Both the position numbers and the translations under genes were made by a program. This document shows, piece by piece, positions 54,761 through 64,000 of a DNA stretch of 64,000 nt; the first letter of the stretch is position 1; the number at the start of each line of letters is the position of its first letter. Source of the stretch: an uncultured virus (IMG/VR IMGVR_UViG_2806310815_000005) (lineage: Duplodnaviria; Heunggongvirae; Uroviricota; Caudoviricetes); the IMG/VR virus record IMGVR_UViG_2806310815_000005; one strand, written 5' to 3'. The notes below the pieces were generated by a model. The model saw only the letters and a program-made list of their open reading frames with translations, made no database searches and was not told where the DNA came from.

Positions 54761-55262
54761 TTAAGTATATATTTAAAGCTCTTGTTAAAACCGTATTTTC
54801 TTGTGACAAATTTAGTAATTTTTCAAATCTTTTGCAACAAATATCCCAACTATTTTTGAATATTTTTTCTAAAGAGTCAAAATCGTGCTTAAAAAGTAAA
54901 CTATCAAACACCTCATGTTCTTTAAAAGTGAGGTAAATATAGTTATCTAAGTTATCTTCTAAACTAGGATGTCTTCCTTTATCAAACAAATGACATATGT
55001 TTGATCTTGTAGGATTGCTTATAGGCACTCCTGACTCTTCCGATTTAAAACATTTTTTAATATGATGATCAAAATAAGCATTTCTCCTTTCGGTTCTTGC
55101 TTTCCTGTATTTTTTGTTTTTAACTGTTTGTTGCTTAATTTTACCTGATGACTTCAATATGGAATTGCTTTTTATCTGCTTACCTCCTAAGCAAACTTTA
55201 CAAAGACCTTTTGAGAACCTTGGGTTCTTTCCACATTCTTTACACTTTCTAGTTTTAATCAT
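54738..55262 (-). CDS. Zn-finger/HNH-like protein
   Basis: CKEC...LCKVC; NICHLF.K..HPS......N...L...EH. Confidence 0.45.
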   Translation of the reverse strand: MIKTRKCKECGKNPRFSKGLCKVCLGGKQIKSNSILKSSGKIKQQTVKNKKYRKARTERRNAYFDHHIKKCFKSEESGVPISNPTRSNICHLFDKGRHPSLEDNLDNYIYLTFKEHEVFDSLLFKHDFDSLEKIFKNSWDICCKRFEKLLNLSQENTVLTRALNIYLNERIKSK

Positions 55263-57187
55263 CCATCAATATATTCTAAATCTCCATTATCGTCTAGAAA
55301 TAATTCTCCATTATAAATTAACTGTGCTGTAATTTGTACAATATCCTCAATCGAATCTAAAGCATTATAATTTGGACTACTCTCTAGTTTATGATTTACA
55401 TAAGTTACACACTCTTGTTGTATTGACGGTAATATTTTTTCTTTATTTCTCATTTTATTTAATTATTTCCAATTTAATTTTTCACCACAATTAGAACAAT
55501 AGTTATCTAAATAACCTATATCTGATTCTTTACATTTTTTACATATAAACATAGGTGCTCCATTATCCCAAGTCTCTTCTTTTTTCTTTTCAGGTTTCAT
55601 TTTATTTTTATTTTTCCTATACCTTTTAAGTATATGTAGTTAATGTTATTTTCTAGTATTTTAAACTCTTCTGTTTTTATATCCGACAAAAAACTGTAAT
55701 ATTCTTCGGGCAGTAAACTTAATTCTATTTCAAGTTCTATGCTTGGTGTTCCAAAAGATAATCTGTCTGATAATATCTCTAAGTAAGCTAAATCCTCGTA
55801 ATCTGAGTGGTGTTCTATGCCGTTAATTGTTGCTATCATACTACTCTCTCAATTAACCATTCTTTAGCACATTTTAAATCTGTATCTTCACTATCTCTAC
55901 ATCTGTTACAGTAAAATGTTTCTGCATATTTCCAGGCTTCTACGCTCGATTTAAAACCACCTTTACTTATTTGTTCATCATCTGTTTGGTGTAAATAAAT
56001 TGCTCTCCAAGTATTACACTGACAGCTTTTGTTTTTACCACACGCACAAGTTTCTTCAAATTCTCTCATACCAAATTTTATCTGTTTTGTATTTTTCTGC
56101 CATTTCTTTTACAAACTGTTTTACTTCTTTTTCTGTTACACTCCAAAGTATTTCAAAGAATTGCTCAGATAAGTTCCAATATTTAACTTCTACCTCATAG
56201 TCCCAATCGTATACCCACTCTTTTTTGTAGTAATATCCTCCTCCTATAAACCAATGTATAAGATAATTACCCATAAATGTCTTCTTTTACATCGTTTATC
56301 CACTCTTGTCCAAAATCTAAAAAATCTTTCCATAACTTATCCTTTTGTGCCAAAGGATTACAACTATTGCAATCTAATACTTGAGAAGTAAAAGTACACC
56401 ACATCTCGTAACAGACAGGTAAAGATAAATCAAAACCTTTATGGTGTTCCCAATACTCCATAAGTTCGATATACTCTTTAACAGTACTTATGCCTAAATC
56501 GTATGTAGCATCTGATATTTCAAAATGCTCACATATACCTACTTTAATAAAATTATCTAATTTTTCCATTTCTTTTTACTTCTATTTCAAAATGCTTATC
56601 ATACATTTCTAGTATATCTTCCCCTGTTTTAAGGTGCTCAGAAACGCTCGATGAAAAATTCCTACATATGATAAAATCTTTTAATTCTGTTCTAAAACTA
56701 AGTATTAATCCCTCATAGAAATTTTCTACTGCTTTAATATCACTATCTTTCATATTAACTTTTTTCGCTTAAAATATTTTTGCACATAATTTAACTCTTC
56801 CTCTACTAACTTTCCACCCGCCACTAAAATAACTTCTCCGTTTATAACTTGATAATGTTTTCTGATGTACCAAACACTTTTTTCATCTGTTTTAAACGGT
56901 TTTATTCTTTCTGTTGTCTTTTTATCCTTCTTTTTTGGCGGCATTTAATCTTTTATTTCTTCCCATACAAAAATTGGTGTTTCAAAAGGATTAGACTTAT
57001 TTGGTATGTAATCAGGATTTTTAACCATACGCCAATTTCTATTACAATTTGTACAAGTACATCTTATTGGTTGTGTTGGGTGGTCATATAAATACTTATG
57101 ATAACCTAACCTGCATAATATCTTTCTAATCCAATTTTTCATTCTACAAATATAATTACTATTTCCCTGTTATGCAAGTTATTAGTG

Positions 57188-57757
57188 TTAAAGTTTTAGT
57201 AAATATCTTAGAATCAACTTCCTTTTATCAGAGCTCCAATCTATATCAGGGTTATCTCTAATTCTCTTGCAATATTCAATGCCTCCTTCCATTCTTAAAA
57301 CTTTACTTACAGACAATCCTGCATATTTTCCAAAATCAAAAACTGCTAAATTAGGTCTTGGTTTTGACTTCTTTTTCTTCTTATTGTACTCTTTTTGTCT
57401 TTTAACTCTTCTTTCTAATAATTTTTTATCTCGCTTCTTTCTTCTTGTTTCGATACCTTTACTATAGTTCTCTTGTTTTTCTATAAAGTACTTATCGAAA
57501 TTAGATTTTATAAACCTTATAGCTTTTTCAGGTTTATGCTCCTTTTCGTGGCAGGGTCTACATAATATTTCTAGGTCTTCTTCCTTCTCATTAAAAACGT
57601 TTTCATAGGTCTTGTGGTGTAGATCAGCTTTTTCATTCGATAAGTCTTTACTACACCTTTCGCATACTCTGCCCCTCTTACCGAGTATAAGGTTTCTTAA
57701 GTTTTTCCACTTACTACTTTTTAAGTAGTCGTAATATTTTTTCTTGTAATCTGTCAC
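57188..57757 (-). CDS. HNH endonuclease
   Basis: YL.S.KW..LR, CERC, LHHKTY, LCRPCHEKEH. Confidence 0.8.
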   Translation of the reverse strand: MTDYKKKYYDYLKSSKWKNLRNLILGKRGRVCERCSKDLSNEKADLHHKTYENVFNEKEEDLEILCRPCHEKEHKPEKAIRFIKSNFDKYFIEKQENYSKGIETRRKKRDKKLLERRVKRQKEYNKKKKKSKPRPNLAVFDFGKYAGLSVSKVLRMEGGIEYCKRIRDNPDIDWSSDKRKLILRYLLKL

Positions 57758-58146
57758 TTCTTTTTTAAGGTCTTTTTATAATCTGTAAAAGATAATTTAC
57801 TTTTACTGTTACACCACCTTCTAAACAACATATCTTCCGCAGATATCTCTATGTGCGTAAATAACCCTGATTGTTTATAATCTTGTAAATGCTCTGCACT
57901 TGCGTTTACAAATGCTAATGCTTGTGTTAGTCTACTCATATCTATTTATTATTGATAGTACTTTTTTCCAAAATTCTTTATCTCCTTCTGCTCCTGCAAA
58001 CTCATAAGGATATAACTCATCATCCATACTAGCGGCAGTATATGCTAACAAATAAGCCATTTTTTTACCTGAGTGATCTACTATTTTTTGAGCAGTCTCT
58101 AATTCTGTCATAGTTTTTTTATTTAATCTTCAAATATACAAAATCT

Positions 58147-59364
58147 TTAAGAAGCTTGCAAGTATGTTTTGATTTGTTTAGAATATTTTGTAAGGGTGTT
58201 TTGGTGCTTACCTATTTTCTTAGCAATATTTTTATTTGTTATTTTACCATCTTTTTCGTAATCCCAACTATCGATAGCAGTTATTATCTCTTTAAATGTC
58301 TCTTCCCTTCTCTTTCTGTTACTGACTTCGGCAGCTATAGACCTTCTTTCACTTCCATTTAAATCATAGTCAGGATTATATAGTATTTTTCTAGTTCTGT
58401 TGTTGAAAATAACAGGTTCTTTACTGAAAACATTATCGACTATGATATTTACTTCTTTTTGAGGTAGAGGCGGGTTACAACACTGATTATTTAATCCATT
58501 TATAAAGCCTTTTATTTTAGACTTAGTTGCATTAGGGTTTAAACCTCTGCAATTAGAAGTAGCTGAAAAAATAGACGTGTTTCTTTTACCTTCTTTTATA
58601 TTAGGAGGCAGGAATATTTCAGTATATCCTTGCTCCTCTTCTAAAACTATATATCTCTCCCCATCGAAGTTTACACCTTCATACAAATCTTTTTCATTTG
58701 AAGTACGTAAATCACCTTCTTTAAAAAAATCACTGTCCGCCTCCAACATTATAGTTTTATATATGTTATGAGATGAAGTAGTATTAGTATTGTGTTTTTT
58801 ATCAGTATATTTGTACTCAGAGTATAGAGTATTGATATAAGGATTAGAATCCTGAGATATGATATTAAGTCTATCTACAGATACAGCATTAGTGTCTAAT
58901 TCAATACCTAAGTCTTCTGCTATTTCCTGTGCTGCGTATTTTAAGTTAGACTCATTTACCCCAGATACAGACACTATCATACCACAACCTCTTCGAGACA
59001 GAGAATCCCAACAAGCCACAACGTAATCCTTTTTTAAGTTATGCTTATCCATAGATGAGTCTACATCAAGGTAAAGATACCCTGTTTGTTTAATAATATT
59101 CTCTGTATTTATATAAGAATCGTAACTAAAGTTAAACGCAATGCAAGGCATACCGTCTTTTATCTTTTTATAAGTAATTATATCTCCGTTATCATAAGCC
59201 TCTCTAGCGGCATTTATAGACAAGGTATTTAATCTACTTGGGTTTTGTAACTCTTCTAAAAACTCTTGAAGATTTAGTTCCCCCACGATATCCCGTTTTT
59301 TGTAATTTTGTATTATACTAAACATATGAAAGTATTTCGCTGTTAAACATAAAAACCCACTCAA
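58147..59364 (-). CDS. Primase-related protein (BT4734/VirE-N-like domain plus PriCT-like domain); probable start ATG 59325
   Basis: YKKIKDGMPC, TGYLYLDVD, SLSRRG, D......RL...S.D, then EGKRNTSIF...N...CNPPL..KEV..IV. Confidence 0.65.
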   Translation of the reverse strand: MSGFLCLTAKYFHMFSIIQNYKKRDIVGELNLQEFLEELQNPSRLNTLSINAAREAYDNGDIITYKKIKDGMPCIAFNFSYDSYINTENIIKQTGYLYLDVDSSMDKHNLKKDYVVACWDSLSRRGCGMIVSVSGVNESNLKYAAQEIAEDLGIELDTNAVSVDRLNIISQDSNPYINTLYSEYKYTDKKHNTNTTSSHNIYKTIMLEADSDFFKEGDLRTSNEKDLYEGVNFDGERYIVLEEEQGYTEIFLPPNIKEGKRNTSIFSATSNCRGLNPNATKSKIKGFINGLNNQCCNPPLPQKEVNIIVDNVFSKEPVIFNNRTRKILYNPDYDLNGSERRSIAAEVSNRKRREETFKEIITAIDSWDYEKDGKITNKNIAKKIGKHQNTLTKYSKQIKTYLQAS

Positions 59365-59475
59365 TTATGAAAAGCTGTCTAGGCTAGTTCAAGTCCTGAG
59401 TGGGTTAGAGGGAAAACCCCTTTTATAAAATATTTTTGCAAACTTAAACTAACACCTAGACAAGCCGCAAATATA
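59354..59475 (-). promoter_or_regulatory. Promoter plus attenuator-like structured 5' leader (copy 2)
   Basis: TATATTTGC box (59467-59475). Helices tgtctagg 59376-59383 / cctagaca 59455-59462 and aacccactca 59354-59363 / tgagtgggtt 59397-59406. Confidence 0.5.
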
Positions 59476-60515
59476 TAACAAAGTTTTTAATTTACCAAAT
59501 ATATAAATTATTTTTTAATGTTAAATTTTTCCGTTTAATTCTAAATACACTAATCCCGCAATAAAACCGCAGAATAAAGCATACAATAATATTAATTTAA
59601 ATATATTCTTCATCAATATCTATTTTCCCTTCCCCTAAAACACCACAAATCCAAGAAGAAAAAGAGTCATAAGTCACTTGCTCAAGTTCAGTTTCGTAAG
59701 TAATGTTGCAGTTTTTACAGTAAACATTATCACCAAAACTACCTTGCATTTCTTCACCACATTCAGGACAATCATATTCAAACATAATAAATAATTTATA
59801 GTAAAAACCAATAGTCGGTATGTCAATTCATCTCTTTAATAACCGTTGCAATTAATACCCACTAGGTTTGCAACTTGGTGACTATCGGCTTATTTTACCA
59901 CCACAGATTAACTGGTTCTGCGAGACCTTGCTCTTAACTCTTACGTTACAGGTGATGTGCAAATATATAATATAAGTATTTAATATACAAGCTTTTTGTT
60001 CATTATTTTAAGATGTTCACGTAAAATGAACACATTATTTTTATGAATAAAAAATCCCCGCAAAATTAATTGCAGGGATAAAGTTTAACATAAAAATAAA
60101 CAATCAATCTAAAATATTCCGTTCTTATCAGTTAACGGTCTAATTATTTCAATATCTGGCTTAAACATTGATAAATTACTAAATAGTATCTCTACCATTT
60201 TTTTAATAGCTCTTGCTGACATATCATTACTTAAATCATACTGTCGCCAAAGCTCCAATGTAAAATTCCTAATAAAATCTTGCTCTTCATCTATAAACCT
60301 ATCTGATATAATTACAGAAAGATTTTCATCCTCCCATAAATATAGATAGAAGTCGTGGTAATTTAACTTATTCACTTGTTTTGGTTTTATAGTACAAACT
60401 TAGAAAAATAATCTCAATAACTAAAATTCCTAAATTTAAACTTGACCCCTACAATAAAAAATCAACATAAACAAACTTTAATACAAAAAAATTTGCATAA
60501 TTCAAAAATTTATCT

Positions 60516-60523
60516 TAAGTTTG
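60516..60523 (+). promoter_or_regulatory. Bacteroidota-type -7 promoter box for the rightward operon
   Basis: TAAGTTTG (TAnnTTTG) 24 bp before ATG 60547, with TTTG about 24 bp further upstream, at the strand switch. Confidence 0.55.
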
Positions 60524-60546
60524 CAAAAGTTTAACATATATTTACA

Positions 60547-60918
60547 ATGTCAATACCATTATATAAGAGTAAAACAAAGTATAAACACGAGGTAGAGCTC
60601 GTTGATAGGATTATATCTATTTACTCGACTATTAAAAAAGATAAGAAAAACCAAATACTACCTTTTGAGAAAGAAATCCTCATATATTATATTTTAAACG
60701 GATTCTCTAAAGAAACAAAAGAGATTATAAAAACCGAAAAAAAGAAAAATAACAGTCAGATAGATACAGCAAATTGTAACTTAAGGCGCAAAGGATTTTT
60801 AATAAAAGGTAATAAAAACCAAAAGATTTCTTATGTAAAAGAAGAAATACAAGAAATGGTAGACAGTTTTTTAAATAATAAAAACCAGTTCTACGTAATA
60901 CAATTTGAAAAGAAGTAG
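60547..60918 (+). CDS. Hypothetical protein (first gene of the rightward operon)
   Basis: ORF track, 123 aa. Confidence 0.6.
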   Translation: MSIPLYKSKTKYKHEVELVDRIISIYSTIKKDKKNQILPFEKEILIYYILNGFSKETKEIIKTEKKKNNSQIDTANCNLRRKGFLIKGNKNQKISYVKEEIQEMVDSFLNNKNQFYVIQFEKK

Positions 60919-61422
60919 ATGGAAGAGAGTGAAATAGCCTTTGAGAACGATATCTACCGAGAGATTGCAGAAGAAAAAGGTTGGGACTACAAGGAGGTAG
61001 AAGAGCTAATAAGTATGCATTTACAGTATTTTAGAGAAGTACGAGTAAAAGATCCAAATATAACCGCCTTTAAATTAGGCAAAAATTTGGGAAGCTTAAT
61101 GTGTAATATGTACTTAGTAAATAGAGATAAAATAAAATTTGAAGGGTGGGTGAACGGAAAAAGTGAGTATAAGCAAGATTGGAAAAAAAGTAGCCTAGAT
61201 GTAATAAATAAACGGAAGGAAAAAATGGAAGCTCATTGCAGATTAGCAGAAGAGCAAGGTAAAGTATCAAAGTATCTAAAAAAACCGTTTATATGGCTTC
61301 TTAAAAAGCCCATAGAGAAGATTAGAGGCAGTTACATACCTTTAGGGGTAGTAGAGAACAGAGCAGAATTATTTCGAGTTCTAGGAGAGTTTCAGAACAA
61401 AATAGCAAACGAGGATGAGTAA
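60919..61422 (+). CDS. Hypothetical protein with an HU/IHF-like N-terminus
   Basis: IYREIAEEKG...EVEELI...F.L...LGSL pattern; weak. Confidence 0.35.
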   Translation: MEESEIAFENDIYREIAEEKGWDYKEVEELISMHLQYFREVRVKDPNITAFKLGKNLGSLMCNMYLVNRDKIKFEGWVNGKSEYKQDWKKSSLDVINKRKEKMEAHCRLAEEQGKVSKYLKKPFIWLLKKPIEKIRGSYIPLGVVENRAELFRVLGEFQNKIANEDE

Positions 61423-62035
61423 ATTTAAAAACATAGTTAAATCTAGATTTATAAAAGGGGAAAGTTTACCTGATTGGTACGAAAAAAGATTATCTATATG
61501 TGCCTCTTGTGAGTTAAACTCTAAAAACATAGAGGATAAGTCGGGAAAAAGAATGGCTTGGGAGTTTATTGCAGGAGCTCATTGTACAGCCCCCACCTGC
61601 GGTTGCAGTATATCCCAAAAAGCAAAGATAGAAGAAGAGTCGTGTCCAATAGGTAAATGGGGCAAAGAAGCTGAACCACAAGTATTAGATCAAGGTTTTG
61701 TAAAAATAACAAATAATTCCGCAAATAAAGTAACAATACAAAAACAAGGTATAGCCTACTACTTAGATTACGGAACTATAATGTATAATGCAGATAGCAG
61801 TGTTAACTTAGAGTTGGAGTTTGACAGACCAATATATGATACGAATCTAACAACTACTTGTGGATGTACAAAATCGCAAGTAAAAGAAAAAGAAAAAAAT
61901 AAGTATTCTCTAACAATACAGTATGATACAACAAGGGTAGGAAGATTTGAAAAACCAATTATATTTAAGTTCAAACATAATAATGTAAATACCCAATTAA
62001 GATTTGTAATAAAAGGAAATGTAATAAAAAACTAA
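61415..62035 (+). CDS. Cys-rich domain plus DUF1573-like Ig domain protein
   Basis: RLSICASC...CGC...KAK...SCPIGKW followed by DYGTI...TTCGCT...YDT..VG.F.K.I. Confidence 0.5.
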   Translation: MSKFKNIVKSRFIKGESLPDWYEKRLSICASCELNSKNIEDKSGKRMAWEFIAGAHCTAPTCGCSISQKAKIEEESCPIGKWGKEAEPQVLDQGFVKITNNSANKVTIQKQGIAYYLDYGTIMYNADSSVNLELEFDRPIYDTNLTTTCGCTKSQVKEKEKNKYSLTIQYDTTRVGRFEKPIIFKFKHNNVNTQLRFVIKGNVIKN

Positions 62036-62451
62036 AAAAAAACGATGAGTGTAATAAAACAAGTTAAGATTATCACACAAAACACACAAGCGGTGATAAT
62101 AGAAAAAGACCAAGAATCTAATAACATCCATTTAACAACAGGAGAAGAGGTCTTTGAAGATTATAAAAGTTTTTTAACATATCTTACTTTGGAAGAAGCT
62201 GAAGTATTAGGTAGTGAACTTATTAAATTAGCAAACGAAATAAAAAACCAAAATGTTTAGACAATACGCAAAAAACGCAATCCCAAAAATGATAGAACAG
62301 TTTCCTGAATATACAGTAGGGGAATGTATTCTATCTATTATTAACCACAGAGAAAACAAAACAGTAAGTAAATCACAGTGGTTATCAGTAGCAACAGACG
62401 AAGATATATATACAGCAACTGAAAAAGCAATAGAAATAGAATCTCAAAAAG

Positions 62452-62910
62452 ATGAATAGCAACAACCTCCACGAAAGGGTGATACAACTCCACAGAGAAA
62501 TAAAAGAATATATTGATTTATTTTTAAAACAAAGTAAGGAGTTAAAAGAAAAAACCGCCGAAAAAGCAAAAGAGTATAAAGACCAAGAGAAAGCAAAAGA
62601 ATTAGCATTTGAAATCTTTATGAAAGGGCAAGTGCATCAAAGAGATATTGCTATATTAAAAAGTAAATTTGTAGATTTTTTCGATGCGTTTACATTATTA
62701 GAAAGCGACTTAGATTTTGATGAGGAGTTAAAACAAACCTACAATGCAATAAAAACGGAAGAACAAAAACGAGTGTACTTGGTTACAAAAGGACAATTTG
62801 AAGAAATTGAGAAAGGAGTAGAAAATAAAATCCGAGATAGTTATATAAAAAACAACACTTTTGAGCTTTTAAAAACACAATTTAACCAATATATAAAAGA
62901 TGTCGGATAG
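62452..62910 (+). CDS. Hypothetical helical protein upstream of terminase
   Basis: ORF track, 152 aa. Confidence 0.55.
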   Translation: MNSNNLHERVIQLHREIKEYIDLFLKQSKELKEKTAEKAKEYKDQEKAKELAFEIFMKGQVHQRDIAILKSKFVDFFDAFTLLESDLDFDEELKQTYNAIKTEEQKRVYLVTKGQFEEIEKGVENKIRDSYIKNNTFELLKTQFNQYIKDVG

Positions 62911-64000
62911 AACAGATAACTTTATAAAAAACCATAAACCTTACTTTGATAGGAATGCAGTAGTTATAAAAGCTAATGGATGGAATGACTCCGAATCGTA
63001 TAAAGATGAAACTGATAGCTTATTACAACAACTTAGTGAATTACTTAAGAACGATGGTGACACTAAAGAAATTTCTAAAATAAAGCAACAGATAAGTGAT
63101 ATAGGTACAGAGCATCACAAAAATAAAGCAGAACTTTTTAAGCAGGAAAATACTTTAGCGTCTTCTATAACAGGAAGACTCTCTGCTTTTATAAAGGAGT
63201 CTGAATCAAATGGAGAAAGACAGTTACCTAAAGTACAAAAATTTATAGATTATACGGTAGAAATAATAAAAATCCATATAGATAAATGTGAGGAATACTT
63301 AGCCTACAATATTGATGTAATTAAAGATAGTAATACCAAACCAGAAGAAGATAAAGAGTATAAAAGTCAAGAGATACTTTTTCAAGATTCAGTTTTTCAA
63401 AAGAAAATAGGTATTTTAGACACACTACAAAAATTAAATATAAAATCATCCACAGAAGACCTAGAAAAAAGATTTTATAAAGACGCTAAGGCATCTCTAA
63501 TATTAAAAGAGCCTTTAGAGATACTAGATACAGATGTAAAACTAAAAGTCGATAGTCTAAGTGTAGAGTGGAATTTATCGACATCAAATGAGATGTTTAT
63601 AAATATGAATCCAAAAGATATACCTCAATGGAATACTAAAAAACATTTTTTTGATCAAGACCAAGTAGTATTACAATTTTGGACAGAGGAGTATAATAAG
63701 ATTAAAAATGGTATCACTATAGGGGGTTATTTCATACACCCTTGGTTGTACTTCCATCTCAATTTTTTTAAAACACCAATACCTCAAGAAGATGGTTCAG
63801 AACCAACAGTACAACCTGGGCTTAGAGATAACGAGTGGTTTTTTGCTGAAAATCTAAAGAATTGTATCAGTAAAGAATATCCAGGGTATTATTCTAAGGC
63901 TATGTTAGTATACGGAACTCGTCGTTTTGCAAAATCTGTAATTTTAGCATCTTTAGCACAATGGAGAACTTTAACCAAACATAACTCATTTGGAAGTATA
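62900..64000 (+). CDS. Probable terminase large subunit (partial, runs off window end)
   Basis: Open frame from ATG 62900 to the end of the window. Contains FWTEE..KI.NG......I...LYFHLNF...P.LRDNEW...LVYGTRRFAKS (Walker A-like) after a long helical N-terminal extension. Confidence 0.7.
   Translation, partial: MSDRTDNFIKNHKPYFDRNAVVIKANGWNDSESYKDETDSLLQQLSELLKNDGDTKEISKIKQQISDIGTEHHKNKAELFKQENTLASSITGRLSAFIKESESNGERQLPKVQKFIDYTVEIIKIHIDKCEEYLAYNIDVIKDSNTKPEEDKEYKSQEILFQDSVFQKKIGILDTLQKLNIKSSTEDLEKRFYKDAKASLILKEPLEILDTDVKLKVDSLSVEWNLSTSNEMFINMNPKDIPQWNTKKHFFDQDQVVLQFWTEEYNKIKNGITIGGYFIHPWLYFHLNFFKTPIPQEDGSEPTVQPGLRDNEWFFAENLKNCISKEYPGYYSKAMLVYGTRRFAKSVILASLAQWRTLTKHNSFGSI

Noticed and set aside
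2073..58771. Most plus-strand ORFs in the track (e.g. 2073, 5526, 13300, 21957, 22949, 25041, 30885, 49210, 54562)
   Set aside because: They are antisense shadows of minus-strand genes or of attC sites, with Phe/Leu/Ser-rich composition. Only 51409 and 52049 are credible.
1..64000. Alternative genetic code (stop-codon reassignment)
   Set aside because: Long conserved genes are intact under the standard code, and TAA, TAG and TGA all terminate genes.

Overview
This is a 64 kb AT-rich segment of a large dsDNA phage, most likely infecting a Bacteroidota/Flavobacteriia host (inferred from recurring TAnnTTTG promoter boxes, AT-rich leaders without Shine-Dalgarno sequences, and gene content). Almost all genes from 1 to 60.4 kb are on the minus strand. 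They comprise replication and nucleotide metabolism genes (DnaB-like helicase, nrdA, nrdB, thyA, MazG-like), homing endonucleases, a TnpB, a dense early-type region of small acidic ORFs (about 25.4-41.4 kb), and a block with Dcm, GroES, PhoH, RecA and a primase-like gene. A divergent plus-strand operon starts at 60.5 kb and runs into a probable terminase large subunit. The main discovery is a phage-encoded integron-like system. A 263-aa tyrosine recombinase (21752-22543) that lacks the canonical IntI insertion sits next to an armless attI-like G|TT site and an array of about 7 gene cassettes (22598-25218) delimited by attC-like imperfect palindromes. In most cassettes the 5' G|TT core is complementary to the cassette's own 3' AAC core, and stem mismatches are consistently A.C on the top strand (G.T on the bottom strand). 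Unlike typical integron cassettes, the cassette ORFs here are antisense to attC polarity. Two further cassette loci lie at 17.2-17.6 kb and 51.8-52.5 kb. Other notable items are a tRNA-like RNA with an unusual arm arrangement, a TnpB separated from an omegaRNA-like remnant by a LAGLIDADG gene, a pair of attenuator-like leaders, and phased TTAACA boxes at early promoters. All calls come from reading the sequence; no database searches were run.
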